Shown here one piece after another: positions 54,159 to 64,000 of a stretch of DNA of 64,000 nt. The position numbers and the translations under genes are program-made. Location: positions 2,239 through 66,238 of the forward strand of contig DAIDAM010000003.1 in the NCBI GenBank assembly GCA_027310625.1, given 5' to 3'. This DNA comes from a bacterium. Lineage in GTDB: Bacteria; Patescibacteriota; Minisyncoccia; UBA6257; 2-01-FULL-56-20. Each line of letters opens with the position of its first letter. Position 1 is the stretch's first letter. Below the pieces are notes generated by a model, which was not told where the DNA came from, did no database searches, and was given only the letters and a program-made list of their open reading frames with translations.

Positions 54159-55215
54159 AAATCGGCGTTATTATGGAGAGAGCAACAAAACCGACGATTA
54201 ACCCCATGAAAACAAGGAGTGCCGGCTCAAGCAACTCAGTTAACCTTGAAACCATCAACTGCACTTCTTCGGCGTAGTAGTCGGAAAGATAAAAAAGATT
54301 TTCCTCCAAATTGCCCGTGTTCTCCCCTATTTCAATCAAACTCAAAAGTATGTAAGGGAAAAACTTTTTGTTCTTGTTCAAAATGTTCACGAATTGCTCT
54401 CCTTTTCTTATATCGTCCGCCGTCTGAAGAAGTATCCTCCTGTAAACGAGATTGTTCAGCGTATAAGCCGTTATACTAACGGCTTCAACTATTTTTACGC
54501 CGCTTTTAAGAAGGACGGCCATCGTCCTCGTGAAATTGGACATCGCCATTCCCACTGTGAGCGACGAAACAATCGGCGTATAAAAGAGAAGCATATTTGA
54601 AACGTACTTCACCGGCTGGAAGCGAAGAGCGATTCTCAAAACAACGATGACCAAAACGAGCGCAACAATTAAAGTCCACCAGTAATTGAGGAGGAAATTG
54701 AAAACAACTATGAGAATTTTTGTCGTAATCGGAAGTTCTATCCTTAAGCTTGAAAATATCGGGAGGACCTTCGGGAAAACGGAGAAAGTAAGAAGAGCCG
54801 TTATGCCTATCGTTGCCGTAAAAATCACGATGGGATAAATCATCGCCGAACGGATTTTGTTTTTAAGTTCCTTCGCTTTTTTCATTTCGTCCGCAAGATA
54901 AAGAAGATTCTGAAAAAGCGTCCCGCTTTGCTCGCCGACGTGGACGATGCTTATGAAAAAATCGCTGAAAACGTTTCTGTGTTTTTCCATTCCCTGCGCG
55001 AGAAATTGTCCGCCTTCCACGCTTGAAATGATGTCCCCTATTGCCCGCTTCAGCGCGCCGGATTGCGTTTGTTTTTCAACTATTTTCAGCGATTCCAAAA
55101 GGGGCATCCCCGACTTTATCGTCAGAGAAAGGTGACGCGCGAAATTTATCTTTTCCTGTTCGGAGACGTGCGAAAAAACGCGCTTCCACCAAGGAAATTT
55201 TCCCTTTTTATTCAT
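54133..55215 (-). CDS. pilC: type IV pilus assembly platform protein PilC / GspF family
   Basis: Two GspF repeats, 'ARHLSLTIKSGMPLLESL', 'MAVLLKSGVKIVEAV'. 360 aa, 3 TM. Confidence 0.8.
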   Translation of the reverse strand: MNKKGKFPWWKRVFSHVSEQEKINFARHLSLTIKSGMPLLESLKIVEKQTQSGALKRAIGDIISSVEGGQFLAQGMEKHRNVFSDFFISIVHVGEQSGTLFQNLLYLADEMKKAKELKNKIRSAMIYPIVIFTATIGITALLTFSVFPKVLPIFSSLRIELPITTKILIVVFNFLLNYWWTLIVALVLVIVVLRIALRFQPVKYVSNMLLFYTPIVSSLTVGMAMSNFTRTMAVLLKSGVKIVEAVSITAYTLNNLVYRRILLQTADDIRKGEQFVNILNKNKKFFPYILLSLIEIGENTGNLEENLFYLSDYYAEEVQLMVSRLTELLEPALLVFMGLIVGFVALSIITPIYEVTSSIR

Positions 55216-56437
55216 GAATTATCCTCAAAATTTCCTGTACGGTCGTTATTCCCATCCTCGCTTTTTCAATGCCGTCCTGAAGCATTGTTGTCATGCCGTT
55301 TTTGATTGCGGCTTCCTTTATCTGTTTTGCGTTTGCCCGCGACATAATGAGCTCTCTTATTTCGTCGTTTATCTCGAGAACTTCGCGGATGCCGATTCTC
55401 CCCTCGTAACCCGTGCCTCCGCATTTGTCGCAGCCCTCGCCGGCGTAAAAAGTTTTCATGTCGCCGACGTCGGGGATTATTTCCTTCAAACTCGCCAGTT
55501 CTTCTTTCTTTATGTCGCGTTCTTTCTTGCAATTTTTGCAAATCATTCTCACGAGACGCTGTCCCATCGCGATGTTCACAGTTGAGGCGACAAGGAACGG
55601 CGGAACACCCATATCAATGAGGCGCGGGAAAGTGGTGGCGGCGTCGTTTGTGTGCAGCGTTGAAAGAACAAGGTGTCCGGTGAGCGCGGCGTTGACGGCG
55701 ATGTCGGCCGTTTCCTCATCGCGGATTTCTCCGACCATAATGACGTTCGGGTCCTGGCGGAGAATGGAGCGGAGACCGTTCGCGAATGTGAGACCAACTT
55801 TCGCGTCCACTTGTATCTGCGTGGTTCCTGCAAGCGAATATTCAATCGGGTCTTCTATCGTGATGATGGAAATCTCCGGCTTGTTGAGATTTTTAAGAAT
55901 GGTGTAGAGGGTCGTTGTCTTTCCGGAACCGGTCGGACCGTTGGCAAGAATCATTCCGTAGGGCTTTTTGATGGAGCGTTTTACTCTTTCAAGGTCGTTT
56001 TTGGAAAAGCCGAGGTCTTCAAGATTGAAGGCGCGCGTCTCCGCAAGAATTCTCAAAATGGCGTTCTCGCCGTGGTATGTCGGCATGATGGAAACTCTTA
56101 TGTCCACGTCGCCGAAGCCCTCAATGTTAACCCTGAATCTTCCATCCTGCGGCAGAAGGTGTTCGTCCGTGCGGAGACCGGCAAGAACCTTGATTCTCGT
56201 AATCACTTCCTGATGCAAATCTTTGGAAAGCCCTTTATCAAGGATATCGCGGAGCATTCCGTCTATCCTGAAACGCAGGCGCACCGCGTCGACTTCCGGC
56301 TCTATATGAATATCGGAAGAGCGCGAGCTGTAGGCGTATTCTATGAAAAGGTCAACTATTTCAACTATGGAAACTTCGTCCGCTTTGACGCTCAATTTTT
56401 TCTCGATCAGCGGCTTGAGGGTTTTTATGTCGCGCAT
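55208..56437 (-). CDS. pilB: type IV pilus assembly ATPase PilB / GspE family (short form)
   Basis: Walker A 'LANGPTGSGKTTTLYTIL', 'VMVGEIRD', His box, and C-terminal tetracysteine 'CKNC...CDKCGGTGY'. Confidence 0.85.
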   Translation of the reverse strand: MRDIKTLKPLIEKKLSVKADEVSIVEIVDLFIEYAYSSRSSDIHIEPEVDAVRLRFRIDGMLRDILDKGLSKDLHQEVITRIKVLAGLRTDEHLLPQDGRFRVNIEGFGDVDIRVSIMPTYHGENAILRILAETRAFNLEDLGFSKNDLERVKRSIKKPYGMILANGPTGSGKTTTLYTILKNLNKPEISIITIEDPIEYSLAGTTQIQVDAKVGLTFANGLRSILRQDPNVIMVGEIRDEETADIAVNAALTGHLVLSTLHTNDAATTFPRLIDMGVPPFLVASTVNIAMGQRLVRMICKNCKKERDIKKEELASLKEIIPDVGDMKTFYAGEGCDKCGGTGYEGRIGIREVLEINDEIRELIMSRANAKQIKEAAIKNGMTTMLQDGIEKARMGITTVQEILRIIHE

Positions 56438-56484
56438 TTTGAAAAGTTGTCAGTTGCTAGTTGTCAGTTACTGGTTACTAGTTA

Positions 56485-57393
56485 CTAGTTCTTCAGATAC
56501 CTTCTGACGGCGAGGAAGCTCGAAAGTCCGCCGATTATTACCGCGAAGAGAATTTGATAAAGCGTGAGGCGGAAAATATTGGAAACGAAATATCCAAAAA
56601 CGTTCAGTTGCGGAACGAAAGAATTCAAATACGGCGAAGCGGAATAAACGATGGGCGCCGAAATTATTACGCTCACGACCGCGGCAAGCACTCCGTTTAT
56701 AATTCCCTCCACGACGTAAGGTCCGCGCACGAGACCGTTGGAAGCTCCGACCGCGCGCATTATCCCTATCTCTTCGCGGTTGGAGTAAATGGCGAGGCGA
56801 ATGGTGTTGAAAACGACAAGCCCCGCAATAACCGCCATTGCGATTGTGACAACCAGCCCGCCGCGGCTTATGCTTTGGATAATCGCGTTAAGCCGGTCTA
56901 TCGCCGTCTGATTTTCGGTGTAAGTAACGCTGTCCACATACTGCTTGAGGTCGGGGGAATCAAAATAGGAAGCGATTGTCTTGTACTGGTCCGGCTGTTT
57001 TGCCTTGATGTTCAAAGACGCCTCAAGCGGATTTATGTTAAGTTCGTTTATCGCCTGACTGATTGTTTCATCGCCGGCGTGTTTGCTTTTGAAAATCTCA
57101 AGCGCCTGGTCTTTGGAAACATATTCGGCGCTTTTGACTTCCGCCATTTTTTCAAGAGTGCTTTTAATGTTTAATATCTCGTCTTCGGGAGCGTCGGTTT
57201 TGAAGTAAACGCTGATGTCGATTTTTTCCTGAATGGAAGCGACTGCTTTGGCGGTGACGTATCCGAAAAGCATCAGCCCCATGGAAACCAAAAGTGCGAG
57301 CGTCATCACGACAACCGTCGTCGCCGACAGCCATCCGTTTCTCCGGAAACTCGTCATCCCGTACTGAATTATTCTTGAAATGACCGTGAACAT
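56485..57393 (-). CDS. ftsX: cell division permease FtsX
   Basis: 4 TM with a large periplasmic loop, FtsX-like C-terminus. Sits downstream of ftsE. Confidence 0.75.
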   Translation of the reverse strand: MFTVISRIIQYGMTSFRRNGWLSATTVVVMTLALLVSMGLMLFGYVTAKAVASIQEKIDISVYFKTDAPEDEILNIKSTLEKMAEVKSAEYVSKDQALEIFKSKHAGDETISQAINELNINPLEASLNIKAKQPDQYKTIASYFDSPDLKQYVDSVTYTENQTAIDRLNAIIQSISRGGLVVTIAMAVIAGLVVFNTIRLAIYSNREEIGIMRAVGASNGLVRGPYVVEGIINGVLAAVVSVIISAPIVYSASPYLNSFVPQLNVFGYFVSNIFRLTLYQILFAVIIGGLSSFLAVRRYLKN

Positions 57394-57605
57394 GCCAATT
57401 TTACCCGCGAGGGCAAGTTTTTATCTGCATTTATTCAATACTACACGCAGCCCGAGTGGTTGTAAAATTGAGCACCCCGCACCATTTGTGGCACGGTGCA
57501 TGCACATTCTTTGTCTGTAGCCGATAGGCGGCTTCGCCTTTATTGTGTAATATATTGACGTTCATACTTGCAAATGGTGCGGGGTTAAGATTTTGTAGAA
57601 AAAAT

Positions 57606-58286
57606 CTAAACAAGGATGTACTTTCCTTTCTCCTCGTCTCTTATCATCCTCCCTTTGTCCAGCGTGACAACCCTTTTCTCCAGGTCATTGACGATGTCTT
57701 TCTCGTGAGTCGCAAGAATCAAAGTCGTGCCGAGGTCATTGATTTTTTTCAAAAGCCCGATGATTTCCGCGCTATGAAACGGGTCGAGGTTCCCCGTCGG
57801 CTCGTCGGCGATTATCACTTCGGGGCGGTTCGCCATCGCGCGCGCTATCGCGACTCTCTGTTTCTCTCCGCCAGAAAGTTCGTGCGGAAAATTCTTCATC
57901 TTGTCGCTCAACCCAACCATCTCAAGAACCTGCGGGGCGATTTCTTTTATCTCGCTCTGCGGGCGGCTGGCGGCTTCCATCGCGAAGGCGACGTTTTCAA
58001 AAGAGTTTTTGTTCGGCAAAAGGCGGAAATCCTGAAAAACGACTCCGATGTGTCTCCTGAAAAGCGGCAGCTCATCGTCCGCAAGCTTATTCACTTCGTA
58101 CTGACCGAAAAATATTCTCCCTTTCGTCGGTTTTTCGGTGCCGATAAGGAGATTTATCGCCGTCGTTTTGCCCGCGCCCGAGCGGCCGACGAGTATCACA
58201 AACTCGCCGGGATCCACCTTCAAATTGAAGTCCTCAAGAGCAGTAGTGCCGTTATACAGCTTATAAACGTTCTGGAAAGAAATCAT
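57606..58286 (-). CDS. ftsE: cell division ATP-binding protein FtsE
   Basis: ABC ATPase 'GRSGAGKTT', '[14 protein letters not shown]', 'ILATHE'. 226 aa. Confidence 0.85.
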   Translation of the reverse strand: MISFQNVYKLYNGTTALEDFNLKVDPGEFVILVGRSGAGKTTAINLLIGTEKPTKGRIFFGQYEVNKLADDELPLFRRHIGVVFQDFRLLPNKNSFENVAFAMEAASRPQSEIKEIAPQVLEMVGLSDKMKNFPHELSGGEKQRVAIARAMANRPEVIIADEPTGNLDPFHSAEIIGLLKKINDLGTTLILATHEKDIVNDLEKRVVTLDKGRMIRDEEKGKYILV

Positions 58287-58322
58287 TGTATCCGAATGCC
58301 TTAACGAATAGGCACATACGAA

Positions 58323-59445
58323 TTAAATTCGCGACATTCGCATGGAATTCGCGTCATTCGCATCGCACAGTAATTCTACCTCACTCTCAATAAATATGTC
58401 TATGTCTCCTTCAAGAACATTATCCACCTGCGTCGTTTCCACATTTGTCCTGTTGTCTTTCACGAGTTTATAAGGATTCAGAACATAGGAGCGTATCTGA
58501 TTTCCCCATTCCGGCTTGACGTTCACGCGCAACTTGGAAAGCTCATCAACCTTGTTTTTTTCCATCAACTGCATGAGTTTTGATTTCAGCAAGCTCAGCG
58601 CTTTCTGCCTGTTTTGCTCCTGCGAACGCTCGGCGCGCGAACTGGCGGAAATTCCGGTCGGGACGTGAACGACGCGGACGGCGGTTTCCACTTTGTTGAC
58701 ATTCTGCCCTCCGGGTCCGCCGGAGCGCGAAAATTCAAGTTTCAAATCTTTTTCGGGAATCTCCAGTTTTGACTCTTCAATTTCCGGAAGTTCGGGAACA
58801 ACCTCAACCAAAGCGAAAGAAGTGTGGCGGAGTTTTTTTGCCGAAAATGGCGAAACTCTAACGAGGCGGTGCACGCCTGATTCGTTCTTCAAATAACCAT
58901 AAATGTAATCCCCCTTCCCGCCCGAGGCGGGTCCCTGCCCGACGGCGGGCGTGGCGCCTCTGGCGGAGATTTCGAGCGTCCGACGATTCGGAGTATCGTC
59001 AAGAATTGCTATTTGCCATTTGCGCTTCGCCGCATAGCTTCTGTACATTTCAAAAAGCATTCTCGCCCAATCAGCCGCGTCCTCTCCTCCCGCGCCGGGA
59101 TAAACCGAAATCACCGCCGGCTCTTTGTCGTATTTGCCTTTGAAAAGTTCTTCCAGTTCCAGCTGGCGGAATTTCCGCTTCGTTTCGTAAAACTTATTCT
59201 CGTCAAAATTCTTTTCTAGTATCTCAATATCATTTTCAATATCCGAGTATCGCTTCAATAGATTATCCAATTCGCCGAACTCCTTTATTTTTTGGTCAGC
59301 CCTCTTTCTGTCCGCCCAAAAATCCGGCTGCGACATTTCCGCCTCGATTTCGTTTTTCAGTTGTTCTTTTCCGGCGACGTCAAAGCCGGCCGCCTAAGCG
59401 GCGGCATTCAACTGCTAAATCCTTTAATTCCTGTCTGAGGTCCAT
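58323..59445 (-). CDS. prfB: peptide chain release factor 2 with programmed +1 ribosomal frameshift
   Basis: Frame 0 reads '[21 protein letters not shown]' and stops at CTT TGA C (plus-strand ~59380-59386). The +1 frame continues '[22 protein letters not shown]...[20 protein letters not shown]'. An SD-like 'TAGGCGGCC' lies upstream of the shift site. Confidence 0.85.
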
Positions 59446-59547
59446 GAGGGAAGTATTACACAAATTAGAGAACTTGAAAATAACACGCCCGTACTCGCTT
59501 TTCCGCAACCGAATTTCGTGACAGCTAAGCTGGTGCGCCGCTTAAAA

Positions 59548-61059
59548 TTAAGCGAATAACGTCAATTCTCGTTTTGCGGGATGCAAATCAAATTCTTTCA
59601 CCAAAGTAGAATTTATTGGGAGTTTTTCAAGTGATCTTGGCTCAACCTTAATGGCACCCGAGCCATAAGATTTCCCAACCAACTGTAGATTTGAAATTGT
59701 ACTTGGGTGTTGCAGAACTTGCCAAAGCTTCTCGATGAATTCCTTATCGTTTGAACGAGGATATACACAAAGAAATCCGGTGAGGGGAACGATGCCCGCC
59801 TCATTTTTGATAAATCGGGCATTACGCCGTCCCAAATATGCAAAGAGGAACATTGGTACTTCTCTCACTTCCATTTTATACCAAGGTTGTCGTGTGGAAA
59901 TTAGAGCGCGTTTTGCTAGGCCACTTTTTTCCCCCTCTTGAATATAACTTTTGACCGATTCTGGTAAATCTTCCCATTTAACACCGTTCGGAAAGAAAAG
60001 CAGTGTCGGTCGTCCTTTTTCTTCAAGTCTTTTAATCGTTTCTTCTGTGATAAAAGATTCCTCCGCATCTCTTGTTCTACCTATTGCGGGCAAGAAAAAT
60101 TTTTCTGGAATTTGAAGATTTTTTGCCTGTTCTTTTGTGAGAAAGAAAAACTCATTTGCACCCGTAGCAATTCCTCGCATTACTCGAGCGAAATCGGCAA
60201 GCGTAAATTCAAAATGATGATCTTCGAGCGGTTTTCGAGAAAGCCCAACAGATAGAGCTTCTTCTAAACTGCGATTGTAAATTTCTAAATCATCAAAGTT
60301 GTCATCGAGGAGATCATTTTTTAGAAATTCAAATAATCCTCGGCTTTGTGGCTCAAGACAACGACCCCATTTCAGTTTTTCTTGGGGTCTGGCATTTCTT
60401 ATCAAGAAAATAACAGCATTTGTATCAACACCAGGGAATGGTGTTGCCTTCTGATCAAAAGTGATAACTCCATCAATGCAGAATTTCTTTGAAATCCAAT
60501 TCCAAAGTTTTTTTGAAAATACGCCCTCGCAGGTATCGGCTGGCATAATAAACGCCAATCTTCCGCTTTTATCGAGCAAACTCAATGCTTGTATCAAAAA
60601 GTAAATATGAAGCCCTGCTCGTCCGTCCAAAGTATCGCCAATGTTAAGCAAACTTATTTTGCGGAACTGATCTTTTTGCTCTTGTGAGAGGCGGTGGTGG
60701 CGGATATAGGGCGGATTTGCAACGATGGCTTTAAAAAGTTTTTGGGGTGGATTAAGAATAAAATCCCGCATTTCTAGTTGAGCATTACGATCAAAAATTC
60801 CTTTTTCTTTTGCTTGAGAAATCACTTCTGGATCAATATCTATTCCAAAAAACATTCTTCTTGGAGTAACTTTCTTTAGTGCAGTGTAAAAAGCTCCCAT
60901 TCCCACGCCAGGGTCAAAAATTAAATCAGCATCGTGCGAGACATACGCCACCATCGCCTCTGCAACCCAGTCAGGTGTCCAAAATTGCCCTTTATCGCGC
61001 AATTTTTCGCGTTCGTTCCATTGCTTATTAGGTAATTTTTGATGAATTACTTTTTTCAT
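59548..61059 (-). CDS. N6-adenine DNA methyltransferase, gamma-class (type II R-M, PstI/BsuBI-like size and organisation)
   Basis: 'GQFWTPDWVAEAMV' (motif X), 'DPGVGMGAF' (motif I), 'ANPPYIRHH' (motif IV NPPY). 503 aa. Confidence 0.8.
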   Translation of the reverse strand: MKKVIHQKLPNKQWNEREKLRDKGQFWTPDWVAEAMVAYVSHDADLIFDPGVGMGAFYTALKKVTPRRMFFGIDIDPEVISQAKEKGIFDRNAQLEMRDFILNPPQKLFKAIVANPPYIRHHRLSQEQKDQFRKISLLNIGDTLDGRAGLHIYFLIQALSLLDKSGRLAFIMPADTCEGVFSKKLWNWISKKFCIDGVITFDQKATPFPGVDTNAVIFLIRNARPQEKLKWGRCLEPQSRGLFEFLKNDLLDDNFDDLEIYNRSLEEALSVGLSRKPLEDHHFEFTLADFARVMRGIATGANEFFFLTKEQAKNLQIPEKFFLPAIGRTRDAEESFITEETIKRLEEKGRPTLLFFPNGVKWEDLPESVKSYIQEGEKSGLAKRALISTRQPWYKMEVREVPMFLFAYLGRRNARFIKNEAGIVPLTGFLCVYPRSNDKEFIEKLWQVLQHPSTISNLQLVGKSYGSGAIKVEPRSLEKLPINSTLVKEFDLHPAKRELTLFA

Positions 61060-62003
61060 AGTGAGTCTAGGATTTCAACAGCTTCCTTGCGAATTTTCAA
61101 TTTTCCGCCATCGAATTTTACATAAGGCAAAATGTGTCCATTTTTGTCCTCGACATACGCTGAAACAAGTTTCGGCTCCTCAACAGCATCACCGAGTGGG
61201 TATCCGTACCGATAGTAAATTTTGTATATTGCTTTCTTTGTTGTCGCGCCGCCTGGAGCTTGGAATGTTTGAATTGTCGGCTGAATAAGGCCGTCGTTTA
61301 TTAAACGCTCTGCTTCATCAAGAGGAATGCCAAATGCTTGATCGTAAAATACATGCCAAACATGAATTGGCACATGATTTTGATCTTGCCATTTCTTTAG
61401 TGGCTCACGATCTTCTTCTTTAATAATGATTGTCGGCAATACTGCGGTCTTTTTTAATCCAAGTTTTCCATTCAACCTTTTTTGAGCCGAGAATTCCGTC
61501 GCATAATCCGGCATTTTCTTTGACTTCCATAAACTGTTTTCACATTCAATCGCGGCAACAGCTTTCTTGAGCAATGGCTTTAATTTATCTTCTTGGATAA
61601 ACGGCAATTCCTGCACTCCGCCAATCACCTTCAAAAATTTATCAATTTCGCTCTTGTCTTCTTTTTTGAAAACGAGCAAATCCGGTCTTTTGATGTTTCC
61701 AAGTCCAGCGGCCTCCAATCGTTCGAAATATAACTCGAATGCACGGACATCATCCGTTGGGGCAGTGCCGCTTGGTCCATAAGGAATCGCAAAATATCCA
61801 CCATTTTCGTTTACGGCTTCAATCAAGCGATTTTCGCTCCACACACCTTGCGACCACCGCATTAGAAAGTCGCTTCCGCGAAGCCGTCGAGGATTTAGAA
61901 GAAAATCAGTCCAAGGCAACAAAGGAAAATCATGTATCTCCAGGGCGATGTTTTCTTTCGAAACACTTAAGACTTTTTCAAATGAGTGAATGTGTTTTTT
62001 CAT
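61056..62003 (-). CDS. putative cognate type II restriction endonuclease
   Basis: 315 aa. 4-nt overlap with the downstream MTase gene (translationally coupled). Candidate PD...ExK elements 'RPDLLVF' and 'AIECENSLWK'. Assignment is by context. Confidence 0.55.
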   Translation of the reverse strand: MKKHIHSFEKVLSVSKENIALEIHDFPLLPWTDFLLNPRRLRGSDFLMRWSQGVWSENRLIEAVNENGGYFAIPYGPSGTAPTDDVRAFELYFERLEAAGLGNIKRPDLLVFKKEDKSEIDKFLKVIGGVQELPFIQEDKLKPLLKKAVAAIECENSLWKSKKMPDYATEFSAQKRLNGKLGLKKTAVLPTIIIKEEDREPLKKWQDQNHVPIHVWHVFYDQAFGIPLDEAERLINDGLIQPTIQTFQAPGGATTKKAIYKIYYRYGYPLGDAVEEPKLVSAYVEDKNGHILPYVKFDGGKLKIRKEAVEILDSL

Positions 62004-62197
62004 AATTACTTATTTAAAGTAGTATAGCTTTGTTTAATAGATTTACGGCTTCAATCTTACAATACTAGTGGGCCAGGAAGGACTCTCCGCCCGAGGCGGA
62101 TGCGCCCTGGGCGCAGAACCTAGAACCTCGAGGTATATGAAACAAAACTTCGTTTTGTTTCATCAATCAGGTCGCTCGTCGAAGATTAGAATATTTG

Positions 62198-62271
62198 TGG
62201 GCATGCCTGGACTCGAACCAGGAACCGCTAAGGTATAAGCTTAGTGCTCTAACCAGTTGAGCTACATGCCC
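62198..62271 (-). tRNA. tRNA-Ile (anticodon UAU)
   Basis: Reverse-complement fold: GGGCATG acceptor, TAGCTCAACTGGTTAGAGC D-arm (Ile-like), anticodon arm CTAAG-CTTATAC-CTTAG, T-arm CCTGG-TTCGAGT-CCAGG, discriminator A. Confidence 0.65.
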
Positions 62272-62299
62272 ATTTTAATATTCTAATCCTCTTCTCGCT

Positions 62300-62342
62300 A
62301 CTGATTGTAAGCTTAGCGCTCTGCCGTTGAGCTATGTGCGCA
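62300..62342 (-). pseudogene. 5'-half tRNA fragment related to adjacent tRNA-Ile
   Basis: GCGCACATAGCTCAACGGCAGAGCGCTAAGCTTACAA matches the tRNA-Ile 5' half (acceptor, D-arm and anticodon 5' stem) but has no T-arm. Confidence 0.5.
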
Positions 62343-62441
62343 TATTAGCAACCAGAATTTTGAGACCAGAAACCGGAGTTATTTTTACTCAACAGTCGCT
62401 TTGTCTCTGGTCGCTGGTCTCTGGTCGCTGGTCGCTGGTCG

Positions 62442-64000
62442 CTACACCGTCACCGGCTTTATCTTATAAGGTTTCAGCAAATTGTAAAATTCGTCGCCTT
62501 CGATAGTTTCTTTCTCAATGAGCGTTTCGGCGACTTTTTTGAGAGCGTTTTTGTTGGTCTGAAGAATTTTTTGCGCGACAGCGTGAGCGCGTTCAACGAA
62601 GGCGCGGACTTCTTCGTCTATTTTTTCCGCCATTTTCTCGGAGTAATTTTTCTCGGTGGCGATTTCCCGTCCGAGGAAAATGAGCTCTTCGGTTTTGCCG
62701 AAAGTCAGCGGGCCGAGTTTTTCGCTCATACCGTATTTGGTAACGAGAGCGCGGGCGAGTTCCGACGCCTGGCGCAAATCATTGGAAGCGCCGGTGGAAA
62801 CGTCGCCGAAAATTATTTTTTCCGAAGCGTAGCCGCCCATCATCACGGCGATGTCGTTCAAAAACTGCGTTTTGGTGCGAAGGTGCTGTTCCTCCATCGG
62901 CAGTTTCATCGTGTATCCTCCCGCCATCCCTCTGCTGATGATGGAAATTTTATGAACGGGGTCGGAGCCCTTGAGCGATGCGGCGACGAGCGCGTGCCCG
63001 CCTTCGTGATAAGCGGTGATTTTCTTTTCGTTTTCCGAAATCGCGCGGCTTCTCCTTTCAGGCCCGAGTATTACTTTCTCAATCGCTTCCTGAAGTTCTT
63101 CCTGACCGATTTCTTTTTTGTTCGCGCGTCCGGCAAGAATCGCCCCTTCGTTCATAAGATTCGCCAAGTCGGCGCCGGAAAACCCGGGTGTCCTGATGGC
63201 GAGTTTTCTTAAGTCAATGCCCTTTGCGAGAATTTTTCCCTTGCTGTGGATTTTTAAAATCTCCTCACGGTCGTTGATGTCCGGCAAATCAAGAACAACG
63301 CGCCTATCAAACCTTCCCGGACGGAGAAGCGCAGGGTCGAGAATGTCGGGGCGGTTGGTTGCAGCAAGAACGATAACGCGCGTGTCTCTGTCAAAGCCGT
63401 CGAGCTCCACGAGAATCTGGTTGAGCGTTTGTTCGCGCTCGTCGTTTCCCCCGCCGAGCCCCGCGCCGCGCTGGCGACCGACGGCATCAATTTCATCAAT
63501 GAAAAGTATGGAAGGCGCCGCTTTCTTTGCGGTCGCGAAAGCGTCGCGCGTTCTTGAGGCGCCGACGCCAACAAACATCTCAACGAACTCCGAAGCGGAA
63601 ATGTGGAAGAAAGGAACGTTTGATTCGCCCGCAACGGCCCGCGCCATAAGAGTTTTTCCGGTTCCCGGAGGACCCATCAAAAGGACGCCGCGCGGGATTC
63701 TCGCGCCCAAATCAAGAAATTTTTTCGGGTCCTTCAGAAACTGGACGATTTCCAGAAGTTCTTCTTTCGCCTCCTTCAACCCTGCAACGTCCTTGAAAGT
63801 TATTTTTTCTTTTTCAAAACCGGAGAGGCGGATGTTGGAACGCCCGAAGCTGAACGCCTGATTGACGCCCGTCCGCGCTTGACGGAGCATGAACCAAAAA
63901 ATCAGTCCGATTATCAAAACCGGCAAAACGGAGGGAATGAGAATCGCGGCCCAGTACTGAAATCCCGACTCGCTTTCAACGCCGATTTTAACTTTTTCAA
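62442..64000 (-). CDS. ftsH: ATP-dependent zinc metalloprotease FtsH (N-terminus beyond window)
   Basis: '[22 protein letters not shown]', SRH '[19 protein letters not shown]', 'HEGGHAL' zinc site. The frame stays open upstream of the TTG at 63926 to the window edge ('...[31 protein letters not shown]'). Confidence 0.9.
   Translation of the reverse strand, partial: EKVKIGVESESGFQYWAAILIPSVLPVLIIGLIFWFMLRQARTGVNQAFSFGRSNIRLSGFEKEKITFKDVAGLKEAKEELLEIVQFLKDPKKFLDLGARIPRGVLLMGPPGTGKTLMARAVAGESNVPFFHISASEFVEMFVGVGASRTRDAFATAKKAAPSILFIDEIDAVGRQRGAGLGGGNDEREQTLNQILVELDGFDRDTRVIVLAATNRPDILDPALLRPGRFDRRVVLDLPDINDREEILKIHSKGKILAKGIDLRKLAIRTPGFSGADLANLMNEGAILAGRANKKEIGQEELQEAIEKVILGPERRSRAISENEKKITAYHEGGHALVAASLKGSDPVHKISIISRGMAGGYTMKLPMEEQHLRTKTQFLNDIAVMMGGYASEKIIFGDVSTGASNDLRQASELARALVTKYGMSEKLGPLTFGKTEELIFLGREIATEKNYSEKMAEKIDEEVRAFVERAHAVAQKILQTNKNALKKVAETLIEKETIEGDEFYNLLKPYKIKPVTV

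Noticed and set aside
62300-62342. A second complete tRNA next to tRNA-Ile
   Set aside because: Only the acceptor 5' strand, D-arm and anticodon 5' stem are present. There is no T-arm or 3' acceptor, so it was kept as a fragment or pseudogene.

Overview
This 64-kb window reads as a low-GC, gene-dense bacterial chromosome with the feel of a small-genome Patescibacteria/CPR-like lineage: housekeeping operons are compact, ComEC is split, type IV pilus/competence genes are present, there are many secreted surface proteins, and TGA is used as a normal stop. The housekeeping genes I can support are secF, pepA, trmD, ftsW-murG, gltX, a Mur ligase, murC, rpmA, rplI, ctpA, thpR, def, fmt, prfB (with its programmed +1 frameshift), ftsE/ftsX and ftsH (runs off the window edge). 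The accessory content falls into four groups.

1. Two copies of an FtsK/HerA/VirD4-superfamily ATPase, each with a different partner. One follows a TM protein of unknown function. The other follows two tandem, paralogous ~600-aa multi-zinc-ribbon proteins and an ArsR regulator, all three preceded by the same 26-27 bp perfect palindrome overlapping a TAGAAT box. ComEC sits directly downstream, so this looks like an uncharacterised DNA-translocation or defence-like module. This is my best candidate for an undescribed system.

2. An ~8.5-kb minus-strand block of surface proteins: cohesin-like, dockerin, proteins carrying a shared domain with a W-x-L motif, and a protein with phage-tail-collar repeats. 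It is bracketed by the fmt 3' end and a degenerate ~95-bp duplicate of that fmt 3' end.

3. A type IV pilus locus (pilB, pilC, major pilin, four pseudopilins with unusually long conserved leaders, and a beta-propeller tip-like pilin). It is flanked by copies of a MITE-like inverted-repeat element and followed by a type II R-M pair next to tRNA-Ile(UAU) and a 5'-half tRNA fragment.

4. Several families of short (7-14 bp) tandem 'stutter' repeats fill intergenic spacers and occasionally sit in-frame inside essential genes. They insert a shared SQRESAS peptide into both GluRS and MurC, and a 3x7-bp copy number frameshifts murC.
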